DNA of 63,260 nucleotides, the filler included, from Octopus bimaculoides (lineage: Eukaryota), in NCBI RefSeq assembly GCF_001194135.2. It is 4 parts of 3 records of this genome, joined end to end, with 100 filler letters (N's around TTAATTAATTAA, not from the genome) between each part and the next. Parts side by side here need not be neighbours in the genome. Positions count along the whole stretch, not along the records: positions 1 to 19,584 come from NC_068982.1; positions 19,685 to 42,956 come from NC_068982.1; 2 more parts are not named here. The stretch is one strand, 5' to 3'. Made by a program: the position numbers and the translations under genes. Shown here in pieces: positions 12,930 through 25,299 of this stretch (positions are counted from its first letter, which is position 1; every line of letters starts with the position of its first letter). The notes under the pieces are model-generated. The model was not told where the DNA came from. It did not search any database and worked only from the letters and a program-made list of their open reading frames with translations.

Positions 12930-14320
12930 GTGAACTTATGTTTGGGTTGACACTGTTCAATAGACTTTTCAATTTCAAGAGTTCATCTGTGTTTTAATCC
13001 CAGAGTATGAAACAGTCGTCCAGGAACCTTTTCCAATTTTCTTTTATGTATTGGGAAAGGGTGTTTCCAAAGGTGGATAAAGATTCCTGGTATATTATTA
13101 TTTCCAAGTAAACCATTGTTAGGTTCGCAATGACTAGAGCTGCCCTAGTGCCCATAGCAATTCCGGATTTTTGTCGGTAGAAAGTATTGTGAAACATGAA
13201 GTGGTTGTTTCGTAAGATGGATTCAACCGATTTAGTCCTGAATTCTTTACTGATCCTGTTTGGGATTTCTTTCGGGAATTGATCCAGCCAGAATTGAATT
13301 GCCTCAAGTCCATAATTATGAGGTATACTGGTGTATAAATTAATCACGTCAAATGAGACCATGATTGTTTCTTCCTTGACTTTCTTTGGGAGGTGATTTA
13401 GCATATCCAAGTCATCTCTGATATAGCTATTTATGTGTTTAAGGAAGGGTTTTAGGAGGATGTCCATAAATAGACTTAGTCTGTGTGTTTCACNNNNNNN
13501 NNNNNNNNNNNNNNNNNNNNNNNNNNNNNNNNNNNNNNNNNNNNNNNNNNNNNNNNNNNNNNNNNNNNNNNNNNNNNNNNNNNNNNNNNNNNNNNNNNNN
13601 NNNNNNNNNNNNNNNNNNNNNNNNNNNNNNNNNNNNNNNNNNNNNNNNNNNNNNNNNNNNNNNNNNNNNNNNNNNNNNNNNNNNNNNNNNNNNNNNNNNN
13701 NNNNNNNNNNNNNNNNNNNNNNNNNNNNNNNNNNNNNNNNNNNNNNNNNNNNNNNNNNNNNNNNNNNNNNNNNNNNNNNNNNNNNNNNNNNNNNNNNNNN
13801 NNNNNNNNNNNNNNNNNNNNNNNNNNNNNNNNNNNNNNNNNNNNNNNNNNNNNNNNNNNNNNNNNNNNNNNNNNNNNNNNNNNNNNNNNNNNNNNNNNNN
13901 NNNNNNNNNNNNNNNNNNNNNNNNNNCTTCCTTAATCGTAATATCTTCATCATTTTCGAGTTCTATTAGTTCCTTCCATTGTGTAGTGTTAAAGTTTGAG
14001 TTAACTGTCTATTTATGCATGGTGTGGTAAGGAAAGTTTTCGATGTGGTTGCAGAATTCATCTAGATTTTTATTTCTACCTTTGTGTGGGATGTGCTCAC
14101 TTTTGTTTTTGACTAGTGAGTCATCTTCAGTGTTGTCATTGGTAAATGCTTCTGTGAGTCTTAATTTTCTACAGAATTCTGTTATACTGTCCTTCACTTC
14201 ATTTTGGTTGGCTCTGCGTGGAGTTGGGGTGAATTTTAGCCCTTTTGAGAGGACGTCTATTTTTATGCTTGAAAGAAGTTTGGTTGAGAGATTGATTATC
14301 TTTGGTTTTTCTGATTACTA
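12930..14320 (-). pseudogene. PLE1 reverse transcriptase region (partly in gap; stop at 12994-12996, frameshift near 12935)
   Basis: ORF track 12994..13953 and 14009..14197 plus manual extension. Confidence 0.9.
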
Positions 14321-14494
14321 GATTCCAGCCTGTGTCCTGATGTCTCTGGCCTGGGGCTAAAAAATGTTGTTTGTAATTTTGTTTGCATTAGCTGTCTGTT
14401 AGGTTATATGGGATTGGTTCGGGGGAATGGTAGTATTGTTGCCTTAGATTGTTATATGTGTGTGGGTGCCTATGGGTGTGTTGGTTAGTGTTCA

Positions 14495-14842
14495 GAATTC
14501 CTCTTCAAAGAGGGACACAAATTCAAAGTTAAATCTAACTTTACTTGCGCCTCAGAAAATCTTATTTATGTAATAAGACGTTCAGGCTGCCATGAGAACT
14601 ACATAGGGTCCACAGGATTATCGCTCAGACGTAGATACACTCTGCACCGCCAGCAGATTGCATACCCAGAATACCGAATGATACCTTTTAGTGATCATAT
14701 TGAGAAATGCGCAAAACAAATGCTACCACAATTTATAATCTTTCCTTTCTATCAATGTGCCATTAAAACACCAACACAGATTAGATTAAATAAGGAAACC
14801 TTTTTCATTCAAAAATACAAACCCAAACTTAACCATTGCTAA
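14495..14842 (+). pseudogene. Inverted copy of the GIY-YIG coding end, 115 open codons, no upstream start codon
   Basis: EFLFKEGHKFKVKSNFTCASENLIYVIRRSGCHENYIGSTGLSLRRRYTLHRQQIAYPEYR...QKYKPKLNHC*; CAG where the main copy has TAG. Confidence 0.85.
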
Positions 14843-17078
14843 CACATTTAAATAAGGAAATTCATCANNNNNNNNNNNNNNNNNNNNNNNNNNNNNNNNN
14901 NNNNNNNNNNNNNNNNNNNNNNNNNNNNNNNNNNNNNNNNNNNNNNNNNNNNNNNNNNNNNNNNNNNNNNNNNNNNNNNNNNNNNNNNNNNNNNNNNNNN
15001 NNNNNNNNNNNNNNNNNNNNNNNNNNNNNNNNNNNNNNNNNNNNNNNNNNNNNNNNNNNNNNNNNNNNNNNNNNNNNNNNNNNNNNNNNNNNNNNNNNNN
15101 NNNNNNNNNNNNNNNNNNNNNNNNNNNNNNNNNNNNNNNNNNNNNNNNNNNNNNNNNNNNNNNNNNNNNNNNNNNNNNNNNNNNNNNNNNNNNNNNNNNN
15201 NNNNNNNNNNNNNNNNNNNNNNNNNNNNNNNNNNNNNNNNNNNNNNNNNNNNNNNNNNNNNNNNNNNNNNNNNNNNNNNNNNNNNNNNNNNNNNNNNNNN
15301 NNNNNNNNNNNNNNNNNNNNNNNNNNNNNNNNNNNNNNNNNNNNNNNNNNNNNNNNNNNNNNNNNNNNNNNNNNNNNNNNNATATATATATACATATGTA
15401 TATATATATGTATGTATATATTTATATGTATGTATGTATATATATATACATATATACATACTTGTATATATCTGTTTCGAAAAAAAGGATTGAGGCTATT
15501 CCGGAGGGAATAAAAATTATGTAGAACAATCCCATCATCTCGCCAGGCAAAAAAAAGAAAAGAACAAAACACAACGATAAGCCACTTTAACCGAATGTGA
15601 TTACCGCATACGTAAGTATATGATGTTATTTTTTTAAGAAACCATTAATAGATTTAACGTGAAAGCTAAATTAGAGAAAGAGAATATGGAGAAAGAAAAA
15701 AATTAAGAGAAAATTATGAGTGGAAATATATAATGTGATAGATGAATGGGAATAAAGTTTAAAGGCGTGGAAATAGATATATGTAGTGGAATTGAAATGT
15801 AAGAAGACAGTTAAAGGTCGAATTTTATAGATTGATTGAAATCACTTATAGTAACTAAAGGTATGGTTTTGCCAATTTTTATAACGATAAACAAATTCTT
15901 TAAACGCGTTTATAAGAGTATTCTTCGAGAAAACGATGAAAAATAGCTCTTCGTTACAGAGCGGAAAAAAGAATTACCTTTGTCGTATGGGAAAGATCTA
16001 AATAGAATTTTCCATTCCAAAACGTATTGTTTATTATGTTTTTGAGAGACTAAATTAATTTACTAAGCCCATTATTGTTGCGTTTATTGATACGTTTAAA
16101 TGTAGAATAATGGTTAGATATTCTTTTCGACAACTGAGAAGAAGAGCTACCTATATAAAAAATGACGTCAGAACCAGAAGTAATTTTACTTTGATAAACA
16201 GAGAATTGATAATGGGATGGTGTCTAGAATTTGTTTGAAAAATTCTTGTCTATAGCTCACGAAGCTGATACGGGAGGTTGGATTTCATCTACCTATCAAA
16301 TTGAATGATCAACCAAATTGTTTTACTAGAACCAACGTTGTTATTTGGGTAATTATCTTTAAAGGTCCTAGACGTATTTTTATTAGGTATAAGGGGAAAT
16401 AAAGAACAGTTATCTTCCATACATTGCAAAAATACATTTTTCGATTTATTGTTTTTTACAATTATGATTGTGTTTTTGTGTCCTGATTAATAGAAGCAGA
16501 ATCAATGTCAAAAGGTTTAATACCCCTAAGGTTTTCTTTATAGCCTGCTTTAAGTAAGGCACAGTTGTAAAATTCGGCTTTGTGTTGAAAGATATCGACA
16601 TTAGCAGATAATCTAGAAAGTCTAAGTGAAATAGTTTCCGAGTGATTACTGAAATAGCTAATATATTTTTAATTTGTTGAGGGTTTATGGTATGGGAAAT
16701 ATGAATCATTGTATGAGTTAAGGGTAATATCTAGAAACTTGGCTTTAGTTATATCATCATCGAAAATAATGTTTAAGCTCATGTTTATTTACAAATATAT
16801 CTCCGTAAATGTATATATATATATGTATATATATATNNNNNNNNNNNNNNNNNNNNNNNNNNNNNNNNNNNNNNNNNNNNNNNNNNNNNNNNNNNNNNNN
16901 NNNNNNNNNNNNNNNNNNNNNNNNNNNNNNNNNNNNNNNNNNNNNNNNNNNNNNNNNNNNNNNNNNNNNNNNNNNNNNNNNNNNNNNNNNNNNNNNNNNN
17001 NNNNNNNNNNNNNNNNNNNNNNNNNNNNNNNNNNNNNNNNNNNNNNNNNNNNNNNNNNNNNNNNNNNNNNNNNNNNNN

Positions 17079-17112
<34 letters not shown>

Positions 17113-17899
17113 CTATCACTTTTTGTAGGATGATTTATTTCTATGTATGTCGTTTTTCTAACACGAAATTTTAAAATTATTTCACCCCTTTGTAGATATC
17201 CAGACTGTTTCACAGTTCATATATTCATGTGTAGGTGCCGTTGGGACTTTTATCTAAGTTTTACTTCGTATTGAACAATATTGTTTTCTGTTGAAATATA
17301 ATTCTATATTTTGCTAAAAGATTGATTGACTGCCTTTCATGGCGTTGAAATATTATGCTGTCACTTACATGATTGTATCAAACTCATTCTCGATTTTAAA
17401 ATGCCTAGGAACAAATGAAAATATATTAACAGAGTAGACTTGAAGAAGTTTCAATGTTGTGAATTTCATATCTGTTACTTCTCCTCACCAAATATCTTTC
17501 ACATTTAATTATACCTCATAAGGTATCTTTTCTTGTACGAGTGATATTTTAAAGAATAATTTGCAGATGTGTGATATACACCAACTCAATAGACCAACTT
17601 AATACACATTAGGAAATGCAAATTGTGTTTCAGTCGATGCTAGTAGGCGAAAGAAGAAAGTATATTCAATTGAATTGACGCAATCATATTAGTGGAATGT
17701 ACTTTAACAAAATTGCCCTATATTTCATGTTGATAGAGAAAAGTGTGGAATGATGAGAAATTTGGGGAAGGAGTATATTTTAATATATTTCTTGTGGCAA
17801 TAGATTTGACGTCTTTGAAATTCTTATCACAAAGGAGAGCGGTCTACATAATGTGACGAACATAGACTTCCTTCATGAATTTTTCCCTTTAATTCTAGA

Positions 17900-18350
17900 T
17901 CAAAGAGCATGTGACTGAAGTGAAATAAAGCAGCTTGATATCTATGTGATTCTAAATTACCCTATTGTCGTAAAAATTACCAACATAAGGTGAAATTCCT
18001 AACAAGGGCGAAAGTGAAAGTGAAGAAATTTACGATTCTATCAAGTATTTATATGTCCTTCATCCTTTGTTTGGAAATGGTTGAAGATGTTAAAGATATG
18101 AGATTATTTGAAATTAATGTAATGTTCATGAGAAATATTGAAAACGACATATTATTGAAGCAAAATGAATGATACATTGCTAATACGTTGGTGAAATGAC
18201 TGCCTGTATTGAAATAAAATGGCATTTTGTAACATCCTTGACATAGTCAAATTTCTGAAATGAATGACGTAATGAAAAAGTGGACATATAGATGCCCGTA
18301 GAGTAATTGCAAAAATGGGATGGAGCAGCTATATTTTAAATGGTCATCTT
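17900..18350 (+). mobile_element. Possible highly decayed Helitron Rep remnant
   Basis: Fragments ILSSIYMS / HPLFGNG / YIANTLVK loosely echo the Helitron ISE.H..Y..LQYPLLFP.GE.GW and QQFIVD motifs; many stops. Confidence 0.2.
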
Positions 18351-19315
18351 AAAATGCCCTTAATATTCATCCCTTGTTTAAAGGTAATGTCCCTCAGCTG
18401 TCAAGATTAGGTTAAAATGCAAAATGAAATTGCTACTGTCAATAAAAATATACAGGGTATATAATTTTACGGATATAGAACCTAATAGTTAAGATTAATA
18501 ATATGGGAGCTAAATACACACACGGCTATTGTTTCATATTTATATTCTCGAACAAACAGAAGCACGCAAATTTATGCAAATTCTTAATAGAACCAACAAT
18601 GGTAACGAAACCACCCTTTTTTTATAGTTATACTTGCAATATGAATTTTCGTGAATTTACAAATTCACAACATTGTGATATAACCACTATCCGCCATACA
18701 AATATTGAAAACATTCATACAAAAAAAGAAAAAAAATCTTCATATCACATGACATATCTCACCGAGAAAGATCAACCCATCAGATTATTAGGATCACTTA
18801 ACGAACACTCTCCTTCCGTATGATCCCTTGAGAATAAATAATCAATACGTGATAGGACAACAGGTGAGAGGATCCGCAGCAAAAGGCCACTGCACCTGTA
18901 AAGATTATAAAACATTAGTATGATATTTCATACAGGCAATACGCAAGCAAAAGTCTAAATGTAAAAATTTCAATAGAGTAATGTAATTCAGATATTATGA
19001 AGAAGCATATAAACCTGTTCATCAAAAATTATCCAAACGCAGTCTCCTACATTAATTGAAATAGTTACTTTCTAATCTCCGACTCAGTTGCTAGTATGCA
19101 AAGTTGCCTGTCATCACTAGATTACTCAATAAGCATGTTTGGTATCCTGTCAAAATGTATAACTTCGTTTTCCTGTATGTGTGTGTAAGTGCGTATACAT
19201 AATCCGGTACATATTCTTACGCGGTATACCAGTCTGGAATTGCGAAATAACGTAACTGCATAATATTCTCGGTTTTATATTGTGCACATATCTGTATATA
19301 TATATATATATATAT

Positions 19316-19584
19316 ATGGGAGAATATACAAAAAATAACAACAGACGAGGACAGGTGGTGTAAATAACAAAAGTATATATTAGTATGACGCTCGGGAATA
19401 CGGAAAGTCTTTGACGTTTCGAGCTACGCTCTTCAACAGAAAGAATACGGAGACAAGGAGAAAAACACGGAGAAAAAAAATTGAATAGGGTTCAGTCAAC
19501 GGTCAATCATAATAATGGCCGATCATAACAATGACTGACCGGAAGTTAGAAATTCTTATTTCAGGAGAGCTAAGAAAGGGGGAG
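19316..19584 (-). mobile_element. PLE-type terminal-repeat fragment with hammerhead ribozyme, ending in (TA)n
   Basis: Contains HHR 19408-19444; tail shared with 6532-6627; cut by the gap at 19585. Confidence 0.7.
19408..19444 (-). ncRNA. Minimal type I hammerhead ribozyme with A6U core variant
   Basis: Minus strand tcttt-CTGTTGA-A-GAGC(gta)GCTC-GAAACGTC^aaaga: 5-bp stem I, perfect 4-bp stem II, GUC site between 19413 and 19412. Confidence 0.72.
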
Positions 19585-19628
19585 NNNNNNNNNNNNNNNN
19601 NNNNNNNNNNNNNNNNNNNNNNNNNNNN

Positions 19629-19640
19629 TTAATTAATTAA
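19629..19640. other. Assembly gap linker TTAATTAATTAA (also 43001-43012 and 59054-59065)
   Basis: Identical 12-mer centred in 44N+12+44N = 100-bp gaps; gives stops in all six frames. Confidence 0.9.
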
Positions 19641-19684
19641 NNNNNNNNNNNNNNNNNNNNNNNNNNNNNNNNNNNNNNNNNNNN

Positions 19685-19810
19685 CTTCTAATTGCCTCTT
19701 CTAGCTTCTTAACTAGCTCACCCTCTACTCTGTTTCTGTCTATGGCTAGTGCTTTGCTATACCTAACCGCTTCTGGTTTTATTGCTCTCTTGAGGGCAAA
19801 ACACTGACAT
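19685..19810 (-). mobile_element. Possible L1/Tx1-type LINE ORF2 fragment
   Basis: Helical peptide [37 protein letters not shown] resembles the post-endonuclease linker of L1/Tx1 ORF2; short and cut by a gap. Confidence 0.35.
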
Positions 19811-19966
19811 ACAGGCAGATAGACATACAGGGGATAGACAGACAAATAGATAAATAGATAGATAGATGTAAGATAAATAGGTAGACCGATAGACGAATAA
19901 ATAGATTGACAGGCAGGCAGACAGGCAGGCAGGCAGGCAGGCAGGCATACAGACAGACAGACAGAC

Positions 19967-20037
<71 letters not shown>
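19810..20037. repeat. (GACA)/(GGCA)/(GATA)n tetranucleotide compound repeat
   Basis: Direct reading. Confidence 0.95.
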
Positions 20038-20723
20038 CGTATTATATTCGGTTGTTATTTATGAATATTTTCTTCAACAAAATATAATCTCGAATGATTT
20101 GTCAGTTGTCAGTGTATGATATATCATCGATCACGTGTGAGTGTTAAATATTCGGGTTATTTTCGTCTGAAATTCGTAACGATTTGTGTATTTAAGGATA
20201 GTATTATAAAAAAAAACCTTGCATATCACAAGGAAAAGGTGTTAAATTGTCAAAGAAATGTATATATTTCGTTGAGAAAAGCATCAATATTTGTTGTTTT
20301 ATGTGGTTACAATTGTAAGTTACATGGTGGTTACAGTGCCTACTGAGATAAAATATATTTCAAGATTCAAATATAAAATAGAAGTGGCTTTTGAGATTGA
20401 TGTATACTATACATATACATTTAAGAAAGCTGAGAATTACGTATCTAAATACTTTTCTTGAATAATAATATAAATTGTCGATATAGTAGCATGCTTTCGA
20501 ATTCTTAAGCTGATATTTCATGTAGCAACAGGTTATTGAGAAAATGTTTAATATTTTTGATATTGAGAAGATTATTATGCATTATATGCAACAAACATTT
20601 ACATTTCTATGTGTAATCCATGGGCTGTTCCACCCCAACCCCATCATCTGGTTGCATATTTTTGGAATCAGGTTTTATCCCGAATGCAGCATGACTTCGT
20701 TTCCATGTACATATAAAAACTGT

Positions 20724-21086
20724 GGTAGCGCAATGACCCAGTGGTTAGAGCAGTGGACTCGCGGTAGTAGGATCACAATTTCCATTCCCAGACCTGATGT
20801 TGTGAGTGTTTAGTGAGCGAAAACACGAGGCTCCGGCAGGGGGTGGTGGCGACCCCTGCTGTACTCCTTCACCACAACTTCTACCTTTTATCCTGTTTAT
20901 GTTGTACCTGTAATTGAAAGGGCCAGCTTTGTCACATTCTGTCTCACTCTGAATCTACCCGAGAACTACATTAAGGGAACACGTGTGTGTTGAGTGCTCA
21001 GCCGCTTACACGTTAATTCCACGAGCAGGCTGTTCCGTTGATCGAATCAACAGGAACCCTCGTCCTTGTGAACGACTGAGTGCCGC
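20724..21086 (+). mobile_element. Full-length tRNA-derived SINE
   Basis: A-box-like gcaatgacccagtggttagagc, decayed B box, ~360-bp body ending in an AT-rich flank. Confidence 0.75.
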
Positions 21087-22149
21087 GATTAAAAATATGA
21101 TTTGCTTAAGTTCTTTTTTTCTGCTTTTCTGATAATAAGATTCGGTTACAATGTATTTCTTTGAGCTTATATTACCCTTTACTATCTTACTGTTTATTCG
21201 GTAATTAGAATTATTACTAAACAATTACACAAATTTTTTGACGACACATCGGGTGTTTATGAATTTAAACATGGCAGCCGAATTTTGAAGTAAAAGTAAA
21301 TCCTAGTTTTTCTAGCATGCATCTGTGTTGCCAATATTGCTTTTTTACATTAAACAAGTACCTAAATGTTTGAGTTATAGAATTTTCTAAATTTGAAGTA
21401 ACATTTATAGTAGTAAGATTAAAACAATTTATAAAAAAGTCAGTGGAGGAAAGTAAATTCTCAATTCCATTGTTATGGTAGAACATAATCTGAAACAAAT
21501 GTATTTCTAACAAAGAGCGTGTTTCAATGTGTTTCATCATCCAAATAATAATGTAATACTGAACATACTGCATTCGACATGAAATAGAAGTCTTCAGAAT
21601 ATGTAAACCCTACAGAAATTGAACAATAATCTTTACATTGTGCAGAGATTCCCCGTGGATCTCAATATATCTGCTGAATGGAGTTCAGAATTTCATTAAA
21701 TATTGTCACTTAGGAAAATATTTGCAGGAAGAATGGGAAATATTTATCAAAGGTTGACTGAATGAAGTCACAGAGAGCTATTTATTGAGAATACTTATAT
21801 ATTCAAAGGAATCCTATTCTTTTAAATATAAAAAAAGAAACATGGATTTGGAATTCGCCTTGCAGCAATCTCTACAGAGAGAAATATTCTTTCACTTTAA
21901 TGTCTTTGACTGCCACATTTCAAGCATTAATGCCAGGTTAGTATATCATATTTTAGAGAAGCAATTCAAAGGGTTTACCCCCAAACCAGTTCGGTAAAAT
22001 ACACGCAGTTGTATTAAAAATAAACGTATTTTTGATATGTTCAATAACACCCGGTGAAATTAATCAACCATTAAAATATATATATTAAAAATAGCGACTT
22101 ATGCCTCCTACCAAAACCTGATACTGGGATACTGGGAAATATGAATGAT

Positions 22150-22168
22150 CGTCAGTACCCTATATATA

Positions 22169-22204
<36 letters not shown>

Positions 22205-22274
22205 TGTATGTATGTGTGCATGTATGTATGCATGTATGCATGTATGTATGTAAACATGTATGTATGTATATGCA

Positions 22275-22314
<40 letters not shown>

Positions 22315-22325
22315 GTGTGTGTGTA
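22150..22325. repeat. (TA)n/(TATG)n compound microsatellite
   Basis: Direct reading. Confidence 0.95.
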
Positions 22326-23760
22326 GGTATGTATATATGAACACGAATATTATATATATGCTTTTATTTTCGTTTTACTTTGTGTATTCATATTAATTCC
22401 TGTATTTATGTTGTTACAGAAGGGACATATCTTTTTTTATTATAATATAAAGTGCCCGCTTTCTCCAGTTGTAGGTGGTGCATATATTCAAGGTTCGTAT
22501 ACACTATACACTTCTTGAGTTCAGTGAACAATGAATCGCTATGTTCAATGATTGAGAGTGGCTTATCAACGTTATAATATACACACACATATGTGTATAT
22601 AAACGTATATATGCATGAATGTATGTATGTATGTATCTGTGTACGAAGAAATGAATAAGGGAGAAAAAGGCAAGATAGAGTGAAGTACAATATGCATTGC
22701 GAAGCTTCTTTTCCACTATCGTTATCCAATTACGTAGCATTAAATAGAAAAATGTAATATAATGTGTATAATGTTCACAGCACTTGCATAGTACAATAAA
22801 TATTGTATGATGTCACTTAGGCACAAACACAGATCAGTTGTACGCATTACAAATAAATATTAACGTTAATATTTCTGCAGACGAAAGAACATTCATGTAC
22901 GATAACAGTTCCTTACATTCTTTCTTACAAGAAAATATAAAATAGGTATTGTACTTCATTTTATCACAAATTGCACACGCTTGCTCGGAGACAGCCCGCA
23001 CAAAGAAACATAAATACTAAATATATTACAACCACCAATAAGTCTTATAGTCAGAATCTTCAGGAAGTAGCAGTTGCCGATGGTATAGTATATCCAAACA
23101 ATGTACCTCAAAATACCAAAAAATACCAAAAAACCTTAATAATATAAAATTCTAAAACATACTTATTGAAAATAAAATATTGACTCCAGCATAATGCAAT
23201 TTATGATATCAGATCCGTTATTGTAGCGGAGATGTATTCGTTCTCGTATCCTGTAAATCAATATGCAATAGTGAGACTCACTAAAGAGCCTAATAATTCG
23301 AACTTTGCAACCGCACTTGGGTTACTGCGGATATTGCCGTTCCCCATATGCACACGAGTAGACGAAGAATATAGATATTTTAAAATAACTAACCCCAGCC
23401 TCGCGTAGAAAAAGACACAGCTAATATATAATTCTTCTATTGTTCTTTAGCTTAACCTAAATATTTGTTATGCATTTTGTGGCATAATTGTTATTGATGG
23501 TTTCGACTCTATTTTCAGTTATATTACTATTAAGTCTGTCAATGTATACACACAGTTAACGTACATTATCTGGCACGAAATACGATAACCACCAGGCTTT
23601 AAAAACAGTACCATATGCTCGAATGCCTTTATATCAAAATACATATATTTCTACATATATTTATACATAAACCAGTTCACGTTTTGTTGATGTTTTATTT
23701 ACGTTCAGATTGATATTAAATATTTATTTCTAATCTATCGTAAAAGTGTTAATTTTCCAG

Positions 23761-23821
23761 CGAAGATGAACACGTATTACGTATTTCGTTGGAGAGAGGC
23801 ATGCCAATTCATTTAACAAAG
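23761..23821 (+). CDS. Candidate short exon (EDEHVLRISLERGMPIHLTK)
   Basis: ttaattttccag|C acceptor and 61-nt open frame; donor AAG|gtcaaa is weak. Confidence 0.2.
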
Positions 23822-25299
23822 GTCAAATAACAAGATGAAGTTACACTACTGTTCAGCTCTCAATCTTAATTATGTTAGTTGTCAATCGCACTTGCACGAT
23901 TCATAGAACTAACATGTGAACGTTCCCGTTATTTTCCAGCTTGTGAGTTTATAACCTCTGTACTTAGATATGCAAAATTGTTTTCATCTTGTTCACGTTA
24001 CCAAACACAATTGTATAAGTGCACGTTTATTTGCTGTTTCACAACTCATGTTCTTCAAAAGATATAAATAAACAAAATCTACACATTTCGCTCTTTAAAA
24101 TGTAGTAACAATTGAATTATACGTAAAAACGGGACGTTTTGCTTAGGGAATTTAATTTTTTAGTGTAAACATTTTATAGTTTTTCTAATCGCTTCTTGTC
24201 ATCCAAGTACTTCCCTTGCTTTTCGTTTTGCTTACAAATTAAATAATCTTGTTCAGCCAAAGGCCATGTTTGCTGAGAATACTTAAACGACATGTTCCTA
24301 TAATTATACTATTCTATCTAAATGAAAGTAAATCTAGGCGATTTGTGTGGAATGTTTCAACGTGAAATGTTAATACTAACAAAAAGTGGCGAATAATTTA
24401 ATTTCTCCAAAAAAGTTTAAGTTGAAAAAAGAAATCAAAATGCCCAAACGTTTTACTCAATAGATGAAGCCTATAAAAAGTAAACTACAACAGTTAATTC
24501 CCCGAAATGTTTATTCCAATTGAAATAAGCTATGTGAACAACGTGAATTGATTATATTAAACTGTGATTCATTTTCAAAGTATGTTCACGTATTACATGT
24601 AACTGATTAAAACAGAGAATGTAAATGTTTGTAATAAATAGAAACCTCCGAAAGTATTTGATTATAACAAAATTTGTATATCCTTCTGCCATAATGAATA
24701 ACAAAATTCGTCCTTCTATAGCTATAGTGAAGATGGCACTTAAATATGATGGGTCTGAAAGTGCTTCACCCTTGTTTTCTATCAAAAATATTTTATCCAG
24801 TAGAAATGGCAAATGACGCATCAAATCATCATTTAATATATAATCTAGGTTTATACCTATCCTATAAATTCATGCACGGAGGATTTCCAGTTGTGACTAT
24901 CTAATACAAGTACCTAGACACAGTACACAAGAACATGAACTATCTAAAACATTTTTTCTAATCTTCCAGCGCCTTGGGACAGAATGCTGCTAGAGAAAAT
25001 CCATAATATTATACGTAATACAGAGCCCCGGTACCTGCTGTTATATAATGTGTGGTAAGTTAGCTGATATTTCTCGTAGGTGAAGTGAAGTCATAATGAC
25101 CACGACTTTGCTTTATGTGTCTAGAGTCTTTGTTTAGTCACTGCTACAGTTGCAAAGAATTAATTACTCGAGTGATCATGAAATCTTTAATTTTGCTTCG
25201 ACAAGTATAATCAGTATATTAAACAGTGATTCTGGTCGCCACGTGCAGAAGTTCTAATCGAGTTCAGCAAGGAAACAGGAATGTTTTTTTTATACTCAT

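Larger units (their letters stand above)
11790..14867 (-). mobile_element. Penelope-like retroelement 1 (RT + C-terminal GIY-YIG, Neptune-like linker) with inverted 5' arm
   Basis: N-term IINLS...VLSKGLKFTPTP (14.2-14.3 kb); RT motifs SFDVINLYTSIP, QKSGIAMGT, RFLDD; thumb FLDILI..KTT; Cys linker C..C; GIY-YIG LIYLI.C..C...YIG.T...L.RR...H. 14491-14867 is an inverted copy of 11944-12320. (TA)n lies beyond the gaps on both sides. Confidence 0.93.

Noticed and set aside
19629-19640. Recurrent TTAATTAATTAA palindrome (three copies)
   Set aside because: Always centred in 44N+44N; synthetic scaffolding linker, not biological.
20724-20800. tRNA-like heads here and at 46200-46287, 56309-56390 and 61500-61580 as tRNA genes
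   Set aside because: No complete cloverleaf or acceptor stem; each continues into a SINE body.
21600-21997. Protein-like frames (DSPWISIYLL..., ETWIWNSPC...) with a CAG|gttagt donor
   Set aside because: No consistent acceptor and frame, overlapping open frames, no recognised family.
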